A stretch of DNA of 64,000 nucleotides from Octopus sinensis. Lineage: Eukaryota. The number at the start of each line of letters is the position of its first letter. The first letter of the stretch is position 1. Positions 24,701-37,808 of the stretch are shown here, in pieces. Location of the stretch: positions 10,917-74,916 of the forward strand of contig NW_021833433.1 in the NCBI RefSeq assembly GCF_006345805.1, read 5' to 3'. Both the position numbers and the translations under genes were made by a program. The notes below the pieces were generated by a model, which was given only the letters and a program-made list of their open reading frames with translations, searched no databases and had not been told where the DNA came from.

Positions 24701-25204
24701 TATATACATATATATACATATATACATTCGACTATAAACAAAAAATTCTTCAAGGCAGTACTCCAGCATGGCCACAGTCTAATGACTGAAACAAATGACA
24801 CACATGTATATGAAAAGGAAGAGAAAAAGTTGTAATATCGTCCGAGGGAATTGAACTCAAGATCTGCTGTAAACTGTATTGTTATGCTTATGATAACACC
24901 AAGATGTCACGTCATCATCATCATGTCCACCATCCTTACCAGGCAATGGTTAGAATAGGGGATACCCAGACTTTTTAGACCATCAGCCCTTTCATGGAAT
25001 CTTTGACCCCTCATCAGCCCTCAGGCCTGTACAAGGAAATGAATAGATATAATAATAATAATAAACTAGACATGCATTTATTGACTCTTGAACCATCAAC
25101 CTCTTGTGGTCAATATTGACCACTTTGGAGACCCCAGGGTTGGACCATTTGCCAAGATCCAATGATTCAGAGGACCACATTGTACACCAGTGCACTACAC
25201 ACAA

Positions 25205-25595
25205 GTGGAGGCGCAATGGCCCAGTGGTTAGGGCAGCGGACTCGCGGTCGGAGGATCGCAGTTTTGATTCCCAGACCGGGCGTTGTGAGTGTTTATTGAG
25301 CGAAAACACCTAAAAGCTCCACGAGGCTCCGGCAGGGGATGGTGGTGATCCCTGTTGTACTCTTTCGCCTCACCTTTCTCTCACTCCACTCTTACTTCCT
25401 GTTTCTGTTGTACCTGTATTTTCAAGGGGCCGGCCTTGTCACTCTCTGTGTCACGCTGAATATCCCCCCAGAACTACATTAAGGGTACATGTGTCTGTGG
25501 AGTGCTCAGCCACTTACACGTTAATTTCACGAGCAGGCTGTTCCGTTGATTCGGATCAACCGGAACCCTCGTCGTCGTAACCGACGGAGTGCTTC
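25205..25595 (+). mobile_element. Full-length SINE (family A, tail type 2) with TSD
   Basis: A and B boxes present. Flanked by CACTACACACAA at 25193-25204 and 25596-25607. Confidence 0.9.
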
Positions 25596-25861
25596 CACTA
25601 CACACAAACCCATATACACACTCAAGCGTGCTATGTAGGACATGTCTTCATTCATACAAAAAACCGGAGCTTGTTCGGGCGCATGCATTCATGTTGCTAT
25701 CTGTCTTTCAAGTACATTTATCAATTAGCCCATTAGCCCACCAACCTATTTGTCTCACTTCTTCCTTTGTTAGTCAAAATGTCTTTCTTTGTCTACACTT
25801 CAAAAAAAAAAAAACCTAAACAGAACACAAGTCTGTGTATGTGTAAACGGTGATATATATA

Positions 25862-25914
<53 letters not shown>

Positions 25915-25960
25915 GTGTATATATATATATATATTATATATATATATATGTATATATAGT

Positions 25961-25993
<33 letters not shown>

Positions 25994-26014
25994 ATATATA
26001 TGTATATATATGTG

Positions 26015-26045
<31 letters not shown>

Positions 26046-27727
26046 GTATATATATGTGTATATATATATATATTATATATATATATATATATATGTAATA
26101 TATATATGTATATATATGTGTATATATATATATGTATGTATGTATATATATATATATGTGTGTGTGTGGGTGTGTGTGTATATATATAATATACACACAA
26201 ATATATAAACACACACACACACGATACCTACATTACTTCACAATTTAAAATAGCAACACAAGTGTGTGTGTGTGGGGGGGTAGTAGTATCAGAAGAGAGA
26301 CTTGTACAATGTCAGTCAGTCAGCCAGAGAATGAGAAATATCCTCGCTGCTGTGCTGTCGTCGTTGTCGCTAGCTTTTTAGACTTAGTGACACACAAACA
26401 CATTTGACATTACATTCACAAATCGCACAGCACACAGACCCAACACACATTGTCTATTTGCATATCTTACCTACTCGCATCTACGCTTGAATCAATCTCT
26501 AACTACCTACCTATTGGTCTGTATCTGGCTTGTGTAAACGAGGGGGTAACTGGACATTTCCTGGCTTTAAGAGTTGTCGAGAAATGCCTGGTTGGAGGCC
26601 AAACCCTTCCGAGAGCTTTTACAGGGCTTAGAAAAACTGAAATACCACTACAATAAGAGTGTGAATCTCCCGAGGGGAATAAATAGAGTAAAATCATAAT
26701 TAACTGATCCTCCTGTAGCTAGTAAAAAAAAAAATGATAGGTAGAGATAGTCTCTCACCTTTTATCTATCTACCTATCAATCTGTGTCTGTTTGTGTATC
26801 CATCCATCTACCTATCAGTATATTATCTATGTAACTATCTTCCTATCCATATACCTATCTATCTATTTATCTATCTATCTATCTTCTTACCTATCTATCT
26901 ATCTATCTTCATTTCTTTCCTTTTTACGATCCCTTTTGATCGAAAACCTATCCCACTTTTTTTTTTATTTGTTTCTCCCCAAAAAGAAAAGCTCTACTTT
27001 GTAATTTGTCCCCTCTGTGTTCAGCCCTGTGTGGCTAATAAAGAAAGATATCTATCTTTTTACCTACCTACCTACATACCTATGTATCGATCTATCTATC
27101 TATCTATCTATCTATCTACCTACCTACTTACTTACCTATCTATCTACCTACCTCTACCTACCTATCTATCTATCTACCTATCTATATATCTATCGATCTA
27201 TCTCTCTATCTATCTACCTACCTACTTACCTATCCATCCATCTATCTCTCTATCTACCTACTTACCTATCCATCCATCCATCTATCTGTCTGCCTATCTA
27301 CCTACCTACCTACCTACCTATCTACTTATCTACCTATCTATCTATCTTTCCCTATCTATAACCGTCTCCCTACCTATCTGCCGAGATATATATTCCTGTC
27401 ACACAGTTCCATACATATCTCTCCTACTATTCTGCAGTCTCTGTAGCTATTGTTCCTATCCCCGTCCAGTCCATCCCCGCAGTCGTCTTCTTGTTCAGGG
27501 CCTGCTGACTGACACACAGACAGACACCCAGTCACAGACATTTTCACATCAAACCATGCCTGCCTGCCTTGCCTGGAGAAGTGCCATGTTGACATTACAA
27601 CTCACATGTCTATCACAGCAACGTGTTGTTGTTGTAGTTGTTTAGCCCTAGGCTAAATAGGATCCACCAGACGGCTTTACGAACGAAGATATTCCCGGCT
27701 AGCACTATCCTCCTTTTTTTTTTGTTC

Positions 27728-28113
27728 TTTTTACTCGTTTCAGTCGTTTCACTGCAGCCATGCTGGAGCACCACATTTAGTCGAGCAAATCGACCCCCGG
27801 GACTTATTTTTTGTAAGCCCAGTACTTATTCTATCGGTCTCTTTTTGCCAAACCGCTAAGTGACGGGGACGTAAACACACCAGCATCGGTTGTCAAGCAA
27901 TGCTAGGGGGACAAACACAGACACACAAACACATACACATATATATATACACGACAGGCTTCTCTCAGTTTCCGTCTACCAAATCCACTCACAAGGCTTT
28001 GGTCGGTCCGAGGCTATAGCAGAAGAGACTTGCCCAAGATGCCACGCAGTGGGACTGAACCCGGAACCATGTGGTTGGTTAGCAAGCTACTTACCACACA
28101 GCCACTCCTGCGC
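27728..28113 (-). mobile_element. CORE-type SINE family B
   Basis: Full-length reverse-complement match to the family. Confidence 0.85.
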
Positions 28114-28125
28114 CTATATATATAT

Positions 28126-28173
<48 letters not shown>

Positions 28174-28456
28174 TATATATGATATACCAATAAAAAGTGT
28201 GGTGTATTCCAGGTGAGAGACTTCACTGTTACTACAACCAGCATGACGAGGCTCCTGGTTCCTGTTCGTTGTTGGCTCGTGGGAAACTTTTTCATTGATT
28301 AGTTTCAAGACGCAGGGAGGGAAAGGGCGGTTCAGGTTTCGCTCCTCTGCACAATCGCTATGCACACACACACACACACACACAAAAAATATATATACAT
28401 GCCAGAGTAATACTGAGATTTCTCGCGAATACACTACACAACAATATATGCACGCA

Positions 28457-28487
<31 letters not shown>

Positions 28488-28682
28488 GTAGACAGATGTA
28501 TACGCAATCTTGCATGCAAAAATCACTAAGTCAAAGGTTTTTTTATTAAGAAATATATCGAAATATATACAAAAACTTTGCGATGCAGATGATCGAAGTG
28601 ATATGATATATATGTAAAAAATGTAATATATAAATAAATATCTGTAAATATAAACCATCCGATCTTCGGATTACCTCATTTC

Positions 28683-28731
<49 letters not shown>

Positions 28732-28835
28732 TATATAATTATATTATATTATATTATATTATATATTATATATACACACACATAGATAAGGAAAGAGACG
28801 ACAAAAGAATAAACGATTATTGTATGAACTTCATT

Positions 28836-28906
28836 AGCTTACAGCTGTTTCGTAGTTGATTCCTAGTTGAATGCCTGATTAATATTTTAGTGTCATCATC
28901 AGAGCT
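28836..28906 (-). ncRNA. Type I hammerhead ribozyme-like motif, canonical core
   Basis: Minus strand: AGCU-CUGAUGA-[44 nt]-GAA-ACAGCUGU-A-AGCU. Confidence 0.7.
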
Positions 28907-29601
28907 TCAACCAAGAGGTACAGATATGCATAAATACACACATGCAGAACATTATGCAAGTTACGAAAAACAGTATCTTAGTTGAAACCTTTCCGTGTAC
29001 AACTTAAAACAGAGGTCAACCGTACACAATTTAGCTTCCCTCTCCCACTGGACACAGGTAAATATAATTAACGTACAAAGAAATATAATTTCCACTGTCC
29101 GAAAACGATAAACAGATGTGTTCACATCTGTTTAAAGTTTCACACAGAAAGGTTACACAAACAAGGAATCTAACTACTGTTATGAGTGGTTTAAGAAGCT
29201 GGGTTCCCATCCATGAGGGTTCGATACCACTACGTGGCACCTTGGGCAACTAAGTGTCTGAGCCGACCAAAGCCTTGTAAGCGGAAACTGAAAGAAGCCC
29301 GTCGTGTTTGTGTGTGTATGTAGACATGTAAGTGTGTCCTAAATCCGAAGTTGGTTTGTTTATGTTCCCGTAACTTAGCAGTTCGCAAAACAAACCGATA
29401 GAACAAGAGCCAGGTTTCAAGAAAAAGAAAGTGCTTGGATCCGATTCGTTCAAGTAATACCCTTTAAGGCGAAAGGGTATGTATATATGTTACATATACA
29501 TACACACATACACACACACACACACTAGTACCATTTGTATGCGAGCACATATATAATTCTAGTCATGTCCGTAGATATATATATATATATATTTATATCA
29601 T

Positions 29602-29985
29602 AGGCGCAGGAGTGGCTGTGTGGTAAGTAGCTTGTCTACCAACCACATAGTTCCGGGTTCAGTCCCACTGCGTGGCACCTTGGGCAAGTGTCTTCTACTA
29701 AAACCTCGGGCCGACCAGAGCCTTGTGAGTGGATTTGGTAGACGGAAACTGAAGGAAACATGTCGTATATATGTATATATATGTATGTGTGTGTGTCTGT
29801 GTTTGTCCCCCTAGCATTGCTTGACAACCGATGCTGGTGTGTTTACGTCCCCGTCACTTAGCGGTTCGGCAAAAGAGACCGATCGAATAAGTACTGGGCT
29901 TACAAAGAATAAGTCTCGGGGTCGATTTGCTCGACTAAAGGCGGTGATCCAGCATGGCCGCAGTCAAATGACTGAAACAAGTATA
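29602..29985 (+). mobile_element. CORE-type SINE family B
   Basis: Full-length match. A further copy lies at 30507-30863 (+). Confidence 0.85.
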
Positions 29986-31227
29986 TATATATATACAAGA
30001 GTATATATATATATTATACACACACAACCAAAGGTATAAACTATTGTATGGTGAAAAGACAGAATACACAAAATCTGAGCAAGCATGTGTTATTTGAACG
30101 AAGTGTCGAACAAAAGGTCTTTTGTATGGTTACACTGTTTTTACAAAGCCAGTGTATGTATGTAGATAGATATACGCGTATATACATATATCACAGAAAT
30201 GTTTATATTTACACAGAATGGTGAGGAGTCCATTCAAATTTCGTGCTATATACATGCAGGCACAGCTGTGTGATACACACACGTGTGTGTGTGTGTGTGT
30301 GTGTGTGTAAACTTTATAAACATTTAATTATATAGACACTTTCAGATACCAGATACACAATTTTACGAACCATCTACATCATATATATAATCAAAATAAA
30401 CAAGGATATCCTTGTTGCTTATTTTGATTTTAATTACCTTATTTTGAAATTGTATGGATCTCAACATAAGTACCATATTCATCTGAATATATATATATAT
30501 ATATTCAGGAGTGGGTGTGTGGTAAGTAGCTTGTTTACCAACCACATGGTTCCGGGTTCAGTCCCACTGCGTGGCACCTTGCGCGAGTGTCTTCTACTAT
30601 AGCCTCGGGCCGACCAAAGCCTTGTGAGTGGATTTGGTAGACGGAAACTGAAAGAAGCCCGTCGTATATATATATATGTGTGTGCGTGTATATTTGACAA
30701 CCGATGCTGGTGTGTTTATGTCCCCGTCACTTAGCGGTTCGGCAAAAGAGACCGATAGAATAAGTACTGGGCTTTCAAAGAATAAGTCCCGGGGTCGATT
30801 TGCTCGACTATAAGGCGGTGCTCCAGCATGGCCGCAGTCAAATGACTGAAACAAGTAAAAGAGTGTATATATATATAAAACGTAGCAATATTCTTAATAC
30901 AACTCTATATACACACGTTCACACACATTATGTAAATATGTATATATTATATCATAGGCATAACGTTAAAAACCGGTTTCTGCTAGCAAACTTTAAGGGG
31001 TCGAAAACTCTTTATCTGTTTGATGTTTTCAGAGTCGGTTATTGTTATCGGAAAAGGCCTTACCACTGTCTCGTATTGTGTGTGTAATTAAACAGCTTCT
31101 ACACACAAAAATAAAACACCCAGCCACATAGTTAACACGGTACGAGCAGAACTATATATTACAACTACATACATATTTATTCATAACACAGTAGTTGTGG
31201 AGGTGTATATAATATTATATATATGTA

Positions 31228-31460
31228 CAGGGTGGTGTATAAGTAGGTATACAATTTAGGTAAAAAGAAAACAACGTAAAATACTCATTTTATTTTTATC
31301 AAAAACATTAAATGTCAAGATAAAAGTATTTCTATGTATTATTATGATTAATAGCACTGAAAATATAAAAAAATGAGGCTAATCTAAAGTGTTAATAATC
31401 TTAATGAATTATATTATAACATTGGTGTGATACTGACGGTATAACTACTTTTGTTCACCC

Positions 31461-31463
<3 letters not shown>
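31228..31463. mobile_element. Probable Tc1/mariner-type MITE
   Basis: TA-flanked, with imperfect TIRs CAGGGTG...AAGTAGGTATAC / GTATAACTACTT...CACCCCTC and an AT-rich interior. Confidence 0.45.
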
Positions 31464-31496
<33 letters not shown>

Positions 31497-33965
31497 GCAT
31501 ATACACGCACTGTATCTATTTATTTATAATATACACACATAAATAAGGTAAATTTTCAGATTACCGAAAACTACATGTATACATACAGAAACATGCAGAA
31601 AATTATATATGTATATATATATGTATATATATATATTGGATTTAATCTTAAATCTAATTTTTCCCTGTAAGTTTGGATTTACTCCCTAATATTATTATTA
31701 TTAATTATATATATATATGTATGTGTATGTATATATATATATGTGTGTGTGTGTGTGAATGTATATATATATGTGTGTGTGTATATATATGCGTGTGTGT
31801 GTATATATATATATGTGTGTGTGTATATATATATATGTGTGTGTGTGTGTATATACATACATATATATATATATGTGTGTGGGTGTGTGTATGTATATAT
31901 ATATATATATACATACACACACAGCTAAACGAGACAGTCGCGACGTGATCGGTTCACCTGGTAGCTAGAAATAGCAACCAAAAAAGCTTCCTGAAATCAC
32001 GTCACCACCCGGCTCTTTCTTTCTTTCCTTCCTTTAAAAAAATACGATCGGTCACGGTTGGAACGTCTCTCCGATCACCCATAACCCACCTACTGGTTCA
32101 GCACAGACTGTGTAAGAACTAGGGGCTTTAAACACATCATCGACATCGCGACTTTGCGCGAAAACCACGCACCTTAAGGAAACAAATTAAAAACGTGTTG
32201 TTTACAATGTTTATATGTATTTAAATGTGTAATATACAGCCGCACTGACCTTTTCATTGTCCAAGGTGGGGGTAAGGAACTGGCCTAAGGCTTCATTCAG
32301 TGCGGGGGTGATCGTAAGTCCACGACAGGGTGACCATTTGGACACAAGAGCGGAAGAGATAGCAACATAACAATCCTTGGAGTGGAGTTTTGATAATGGC
32401 TTTTAAACATTGCACTGGGAGCTGCTGCTGATTGTGGTGGTGGTGGTAGGAAAAGGTAAGAAGTGCGTCGTGGTGGGAGGAAGTCACTCTGTACCCATGA
32501 TGGTGATGGTGGTGACGGTGTTATGGTGTAGAGATGGTGGTGACGGTATTGTGGTGTAGGGGTGGTGGTGACGGGGTGATGGTGTAGAGGTGGTGGTGGT
32601 GACGGTGTTATGGTGTAGGAATGATGGTGGTGACGGTGTGATGGTGTAGGGATGATGGTGGTGACGGTGTTATGGTGTAGGGATGATGGTGGTGACGGTG
32701 TTATGGTGTAGGGGTGATGGTGGTGAGGGATAATGTGATAGAACACTCAGTACCGATGAGGGTGGGGATGGTGACTGTCGTGGTGATGGTGAAAGTTACT
32801 CAGAACTGATGTGAGGGTGTCGGGAGGTAACGGTGTACTGATGGTGGTGGTAGCGACTGTATAATGTTGGTGGGAGTGGCGGTGAGCGGTTACGGTGTAC
32901 GAATGATAGTGGTGGCGGTGGTAGTGAGAGAGAGAGAGAGAGAGATAGGTAGACTGTAGGGGTAGGAGGAAGTTACACAGAACTGATGACGAGGGGGAAG
33001 GTGACAGTAGAGAGACAGTGCATTGATGATAGTGGTGAAGAGGCTACTGACAGTCGTAGTGGTGGGAGGATACAGTGCAGTGATGATAGTGGTAGTAGTA
33101 GTAGTGGTGCGTTGTATGGTGATGATGGTGATGGGGGAGGGATGATGGTAGTGAACAGTAGGGAGGGGGATTGCACACAACTAATGGTGGTGTGAGTATA
33201 CTTTGGTGGAAGTGAGAGGAGGTTACACTGTACTGATGATGGTGATGGTGGTGGTGGTAGTAAGGCGGAGGTGAGTGAGAAAGAGAGGGAGAAGGTTACG
33301 CTGCAGTGGTGGTGGTGGTGATAGTAACGATGGAGCTGGTGGTGGGGTGTCGAGAAACAGACAGACAGACAAGCTACACTGTAGTGATGATGGTGGTGGT
33401 GGTGGTGTCGTAAGGAACAAATGATGAATGAGGTGGTGGTGGGGGGACTAAGTGTCATGTTGGTGATGATGGTGGTGGCGGTGGTGGCGAGAGCGCCGCT
33501 TACATGATTTAGTGGTGGTGGTGCCGGCGGAAGACGAATACTTTGTACTGATGATGGTGGTGGCGGCGGTGGAAGCAGAAGTATTTTGGTTGTGTTGCTG
33601 CTGCTGCTGCTGATGATGATGATGATGACGGTAGTAGTGAGAGGAGGATTACCGTGTACTTTTAGTGGTGGTAGTAAGAGGATGCAGATAGCGAGGTGGT
33701 AGCGAGGGAAAACTTTCGGTTTGTTTACGTTGATTATTTAACCTCATGTCAGGACACAATCTCGCAAAAGCGATAACGAAACCCGTTCCAGCTGTGACCA
33801 TCCGGTCTAATTCCCATGTACTAGGAAACCACAGGCAACCGGCGGCCCATGAGACTTACTCAAAGGCACGCCTAACGAAAAATTACCTTCATCTTTTTTT
33901 TTAAAGTTGTGCGGCCCGCCTGATGATGGATGAGCCATATCTCATGCGACCCGCTTCTCGAAAAA

Positions 33966-34063
33966 GGGATCTTTTCGGTTTGAACGGCAGTTTTGGCGAT
34001 CTTTCGTCTCTAGTAGACCTTTCCGTCGATTACACAACATACTGTCTGTCTCCCACACCCCAT

Positions 34064-34103
<40 letters not shown>

Positions 34104-34666
34104 CATCAATGCTTCCCATGCACGGTAACTTCAAAAGAACTTCCCTCGTCATACAATCGCTTTCTCTTAGTCTCTTTCGCTCTCATAACTTCAAAAGTTC
34201 CCGCAAGCCCATATGTAAAAAAAAAAAATATTTTACGGAAATCGACGGAAAGGTCTACTAGAGACGAAAGATTGCCGCAGTTTTTTCTAGCGGTGTCATA
34301 TGAAATTGTCACCCATAATTATGACCCTAGTATCGATCTATTGCATTTCAATCTCTTTCAGGGTTAGGGGTGGGGGAAAGGTATCTTTTTTTTTTTCTAG
34401 AAATGTAAATAAACCCAATCTGTTTCTTAAACGAGGGACATTCATACGGCACAGAATGTTTTTTACCTCAATAGACGTCAGTGATTGGTTGAAATTGCAG
34501 AAATTGAAGAAAAAAAACCAACAAATATCTTACAAACCATAGAATTTTCTCAATAAAGCCAAGAAAAAGATGTTTTATAAACACATTCTACCAGTATAGG
34601 AAGTTTAAAAGTGTTTAGTTACGTGGAAATGATTTTAAAAACTGCCGTTCAAACCGAAAAGATCCC
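33966..34666. mobile_element. Non-autonomous TIR element (29-bp TIRs), host of a nested MITE
   Basis: GGGATCTTTTCGGTTTGAACGGCAGTTTT ... AAAACTGCCGTTCAAACCGAAAAGATCCC. A diverged right end also occurs at about 40630-40815. Confidence 0.85.
33995..34276. mobile_element. GG-terminal TIR MITE with 8-bp TSD (Merlin-like), internally deleted
   Basis: TIR GGCGATCTTTCGTCTCTAGTAGACCTTTCCGTCGAT. TSD GCAGTTTT at 33987-33994 and 34277-34284. Confidence 0.82.
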
Positions 34667-35060
34667 CGACCCGCTTCTCGGAAAAGAAAAAGTGTGCCTA
34701 TGCCTGCTGTATATAGAGGATGTGAATTCAGGTAAATTTGGCTGCTATTTCTAGCACGTTAGGCAACGGAGTAGAAAGGTACAGTAGAAAGATGATGATG
34801 ATGGTAGCAGTGGGCGGAGGTGGTTACTGTGTATGGTGGCGGTGGTGATGGAAAAAGACTGTTTAAAAGTATGATTATGATGATGATGGTGGTGGTGGGA
34901 GGATGAGATTACAGTGTATACAAAGTTAAGGTAGTGGTGGCGGCGGCGGTGGTTGGAATCATCGCCGTTGTAAGCTGGTGGTGGCGGCGGTGGTGAGCAA
35001 ATAACAGTGCATTGTTGTTGGAGATGGTAGTGGTGGTGGTACGAGAGTTATAGTATGGTG

Positions 35061-35484
35061 GGCAATCTTTCGTCTCTAGTAGACCTTTCCGTCGATTTCC
35101 GTAAAAAACTTCTTTTTTTTTTTTACATATGGGCTTGCGGGAACTTTTGAAGTAATGAGAGCGAAAGAGACTAAGAGAAAGCGATTGTATGACGAGGGAA
35201 GTTCTTTTGAAGTTACCGTGCATGGCAAGCATTGATGTACATGTGTGTGTGTGTGTTTGATGGGGTGTGGGAGACAGACAGTATGTTGTGTAAGTGAAGT
35301 GCTTCTGTTAGTGTGTGTGAAGAGACAGAGTAATGTGTGAAAGAAAGAGATAACTGAAATTTTTTACTCGGTGTATGTGTATATGTATATATATTACTTC
35401 AAAAGTTCCCGCAAGCCCATATGTAAAAAAAAAAAAAATTTTACGGAAATCGACGGAAAGGTCTACTAGAGACGAAAGATCGCC
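35061..35484. mobile_element. GG-terminal TIR MITE with 8-bp TSD (Merlin-like), complete
   Basis: TIRs of about 95 bp. TSD GTATGGTG at 35053-35060 and 35485-35492. Opposite orientation to 33995-34276. Confidence 0.85.
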
Positions 35485-37775
35485 GTATGGTGATAGTGGT
35501 GGAGATGGTGGTGAGGGTCGTGGTCATCGTGGAGAAGTTACAGTATGGGAATGGTGGCGGCGAAGTACGATGGTGGTGGTGGTGGTGGTCACCGCCGTCG
35601 TCGTCATCAAGTAGATAGTAAGATGTTGCCGGTGGTGGTGGTAGTGGGGGTGAGAAGTTACAGTACTGTACATATTGAAGTGATGGCGGTGGTGGTGAAT
35701 TTGAGAAGGAGGAGGAGGAAGTTATAGTACGGAGCTGGCGGTGGTGGCGATAGTAGAGATCGTTATGGTGGCGGTGATAGTGGTGGTAGTGAGGAGGAGG
35801 ACAAAGCAGTTATAGTACGACGCTTACGGCGGTGGTCGTCTGGTGTTGGTTGTGGTGGCGGTATCAGGAGGCAGTTAGTGGTGGTGGTCACTGCCGGTGT
35901 TGCGATGATGTTGTTGGTGGTGATGGTGAATTTGAGGAGGAGGAGGAGTAGAAGGAAGTTATGGTATGGAGCTGGCGGCGGTGGTCGTCTGGTCGTGGTT
36001 GTGGTGGCGGTATCAGGAGGCATTTAGTGGTGGTGGTGGTCACCGCCGGTGTCGCGGTGATGTTGCTGGTGGCGATGGTGAATTTGAGGAGGAGGAGAAA
36101 GAGTAGAAAGAAGTTATGGTATGGAGCTGGCGGCGGTGGTCGTCTGGTGGTGACGGTGGAGTCAAGAGACAAACAGGGGTGGTAGTGGTGGGAGGATGAA
36201 AAATAGTAAAAGTTGCTTGCAGTAGTTGTCATAGTGAACAAGTTGTAATATAGCCCTAGGTCGGCCCTTGTTACTGAGAGCACACAGCTCGTTAAAACGC
36301 ATTTCCTACCGTGACCATCCTGGCTTTATTCCGCTCCATCACAGCCACGAGACATCTTATATTACCTTATAGCTATAATGCACGCATTGTATCATTGTGC
36401 TTCCTATTTCAAGATAGAAAATATTAGGAAAATGTTAAGTCATGGGTGATTTGGCTGCTATTTCTAGCTGGTCGAATGAAACCCGTAATGGCACAAGTAC
36501 ATTAGTGACAATGATGATGGTGGTGGTGATGATAGTGATGATAATTGTGTGATAATGATGGTGGTGGGGGAGAAGGAGTAGCAGATGACAACGATGATGA
36601 TGGTAGTGGTGGTGGTGATAAAAGTAGGTGGTAGTGGGAGAGATGAAGTACAAGTGACAATGACGATAATTATGACGATGATGATGATTATGAAAATAGT
36701 GGCGGTGGGAGTAGAGGGAGGGAATAAGTGACAATGCTGATGGTGGTGGTGATGATAGCGGTGATAATGATAATGCTGGTGGTGATGATGATAGTGTGAT
36801 AATGGTGTTATTGGTGGTGGTGGTGGTGGTGGTGGCGGAGGCGACGATGAAGGGGAGGTAGGCTTAGGAGAAAATAGGAAGAGAGATAACGAAGGAGGAG
36901 GGAAGAGGGAAAGATCGCGTCATTGCTGCTGCTGCTGCTGGTCGTGACACTACCGCTAGTGATGGTGGTGGTGGTGGTGGTGGCGGTGATAGTTGTGAGA
37001 ACCGTGACATGGTGGTGGGGGGAGGTACTGCTGATTACGGTGGTGGCGGTGGTGACGGTAGTCGTGATGGTCGTGGCGACAGCGGGGGTGGTGATTGATG
37101 GTGGTAGTGGTGCGGGCGATAGCTTCTCTGCTGAAGGTGGGGGTGGTGGTGGTGATGGAAGTAGAGGTGGCGGCGACTGCGCCGATAGCGGTGGAAGTGG
37201 TGGTGGCGGTGGTGATGGTGGTGACGGAGGCGCTAGTCTGATTCATAACAACGTGGTGGTGGTGGTGATGATGGTGACAGTTGTGATGATAGTGATGGTG
37301 ACAGTTGTGATGGTGATGATGATGATAGTTGTGATGATAGTGATGATGATGATGATGATAGTGGTAGTGATGCTGCTTTGGCGTTGGTGGTGGTGGCGGT
37401 GTTTAAAGCTGATGGTGGTGGTGATGACGACGATGATGGTGATGCTGATGGGCGATAATGATGACGACAGCGTCAATTTATTATTATTTATTTATTTATT
37501 TATTTGTTACCCCCACGATGACTTCACTTTCCTCCCATTCCGCCACAACCGCCGCCGCCGCCAGCGTCACCTCCATCACCGCCACCTTCCAACAGCCCTC
37601 TCCTCCCTACACACACACACACATACGCACACGCATACACACACACACGCATACACACACACACACGCATACACACACACACACGCATACACACACACAC
37701 GCATACACACACACACGCATACACACACACACACGCATACACACACACACACGCATACACACACACACGTACACA

Positions 37776-37808
<33 letters not shown>

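Noticed and set aside
24975-25020. CTGATGA-GGGGTC-AAA-GATTCC-AT-GAAA on the minus strand
   Set aside because: Core boxes and helix II are plausible, but helices I and III do not pair. At best this is a heavily decayed hammerhead.
28168-28434. 88-aa minus-strand ORF as an upstream kelch exon
   Set aside because: No recognisable homology and only weak splice sites. Kept only as a candidate unique island.
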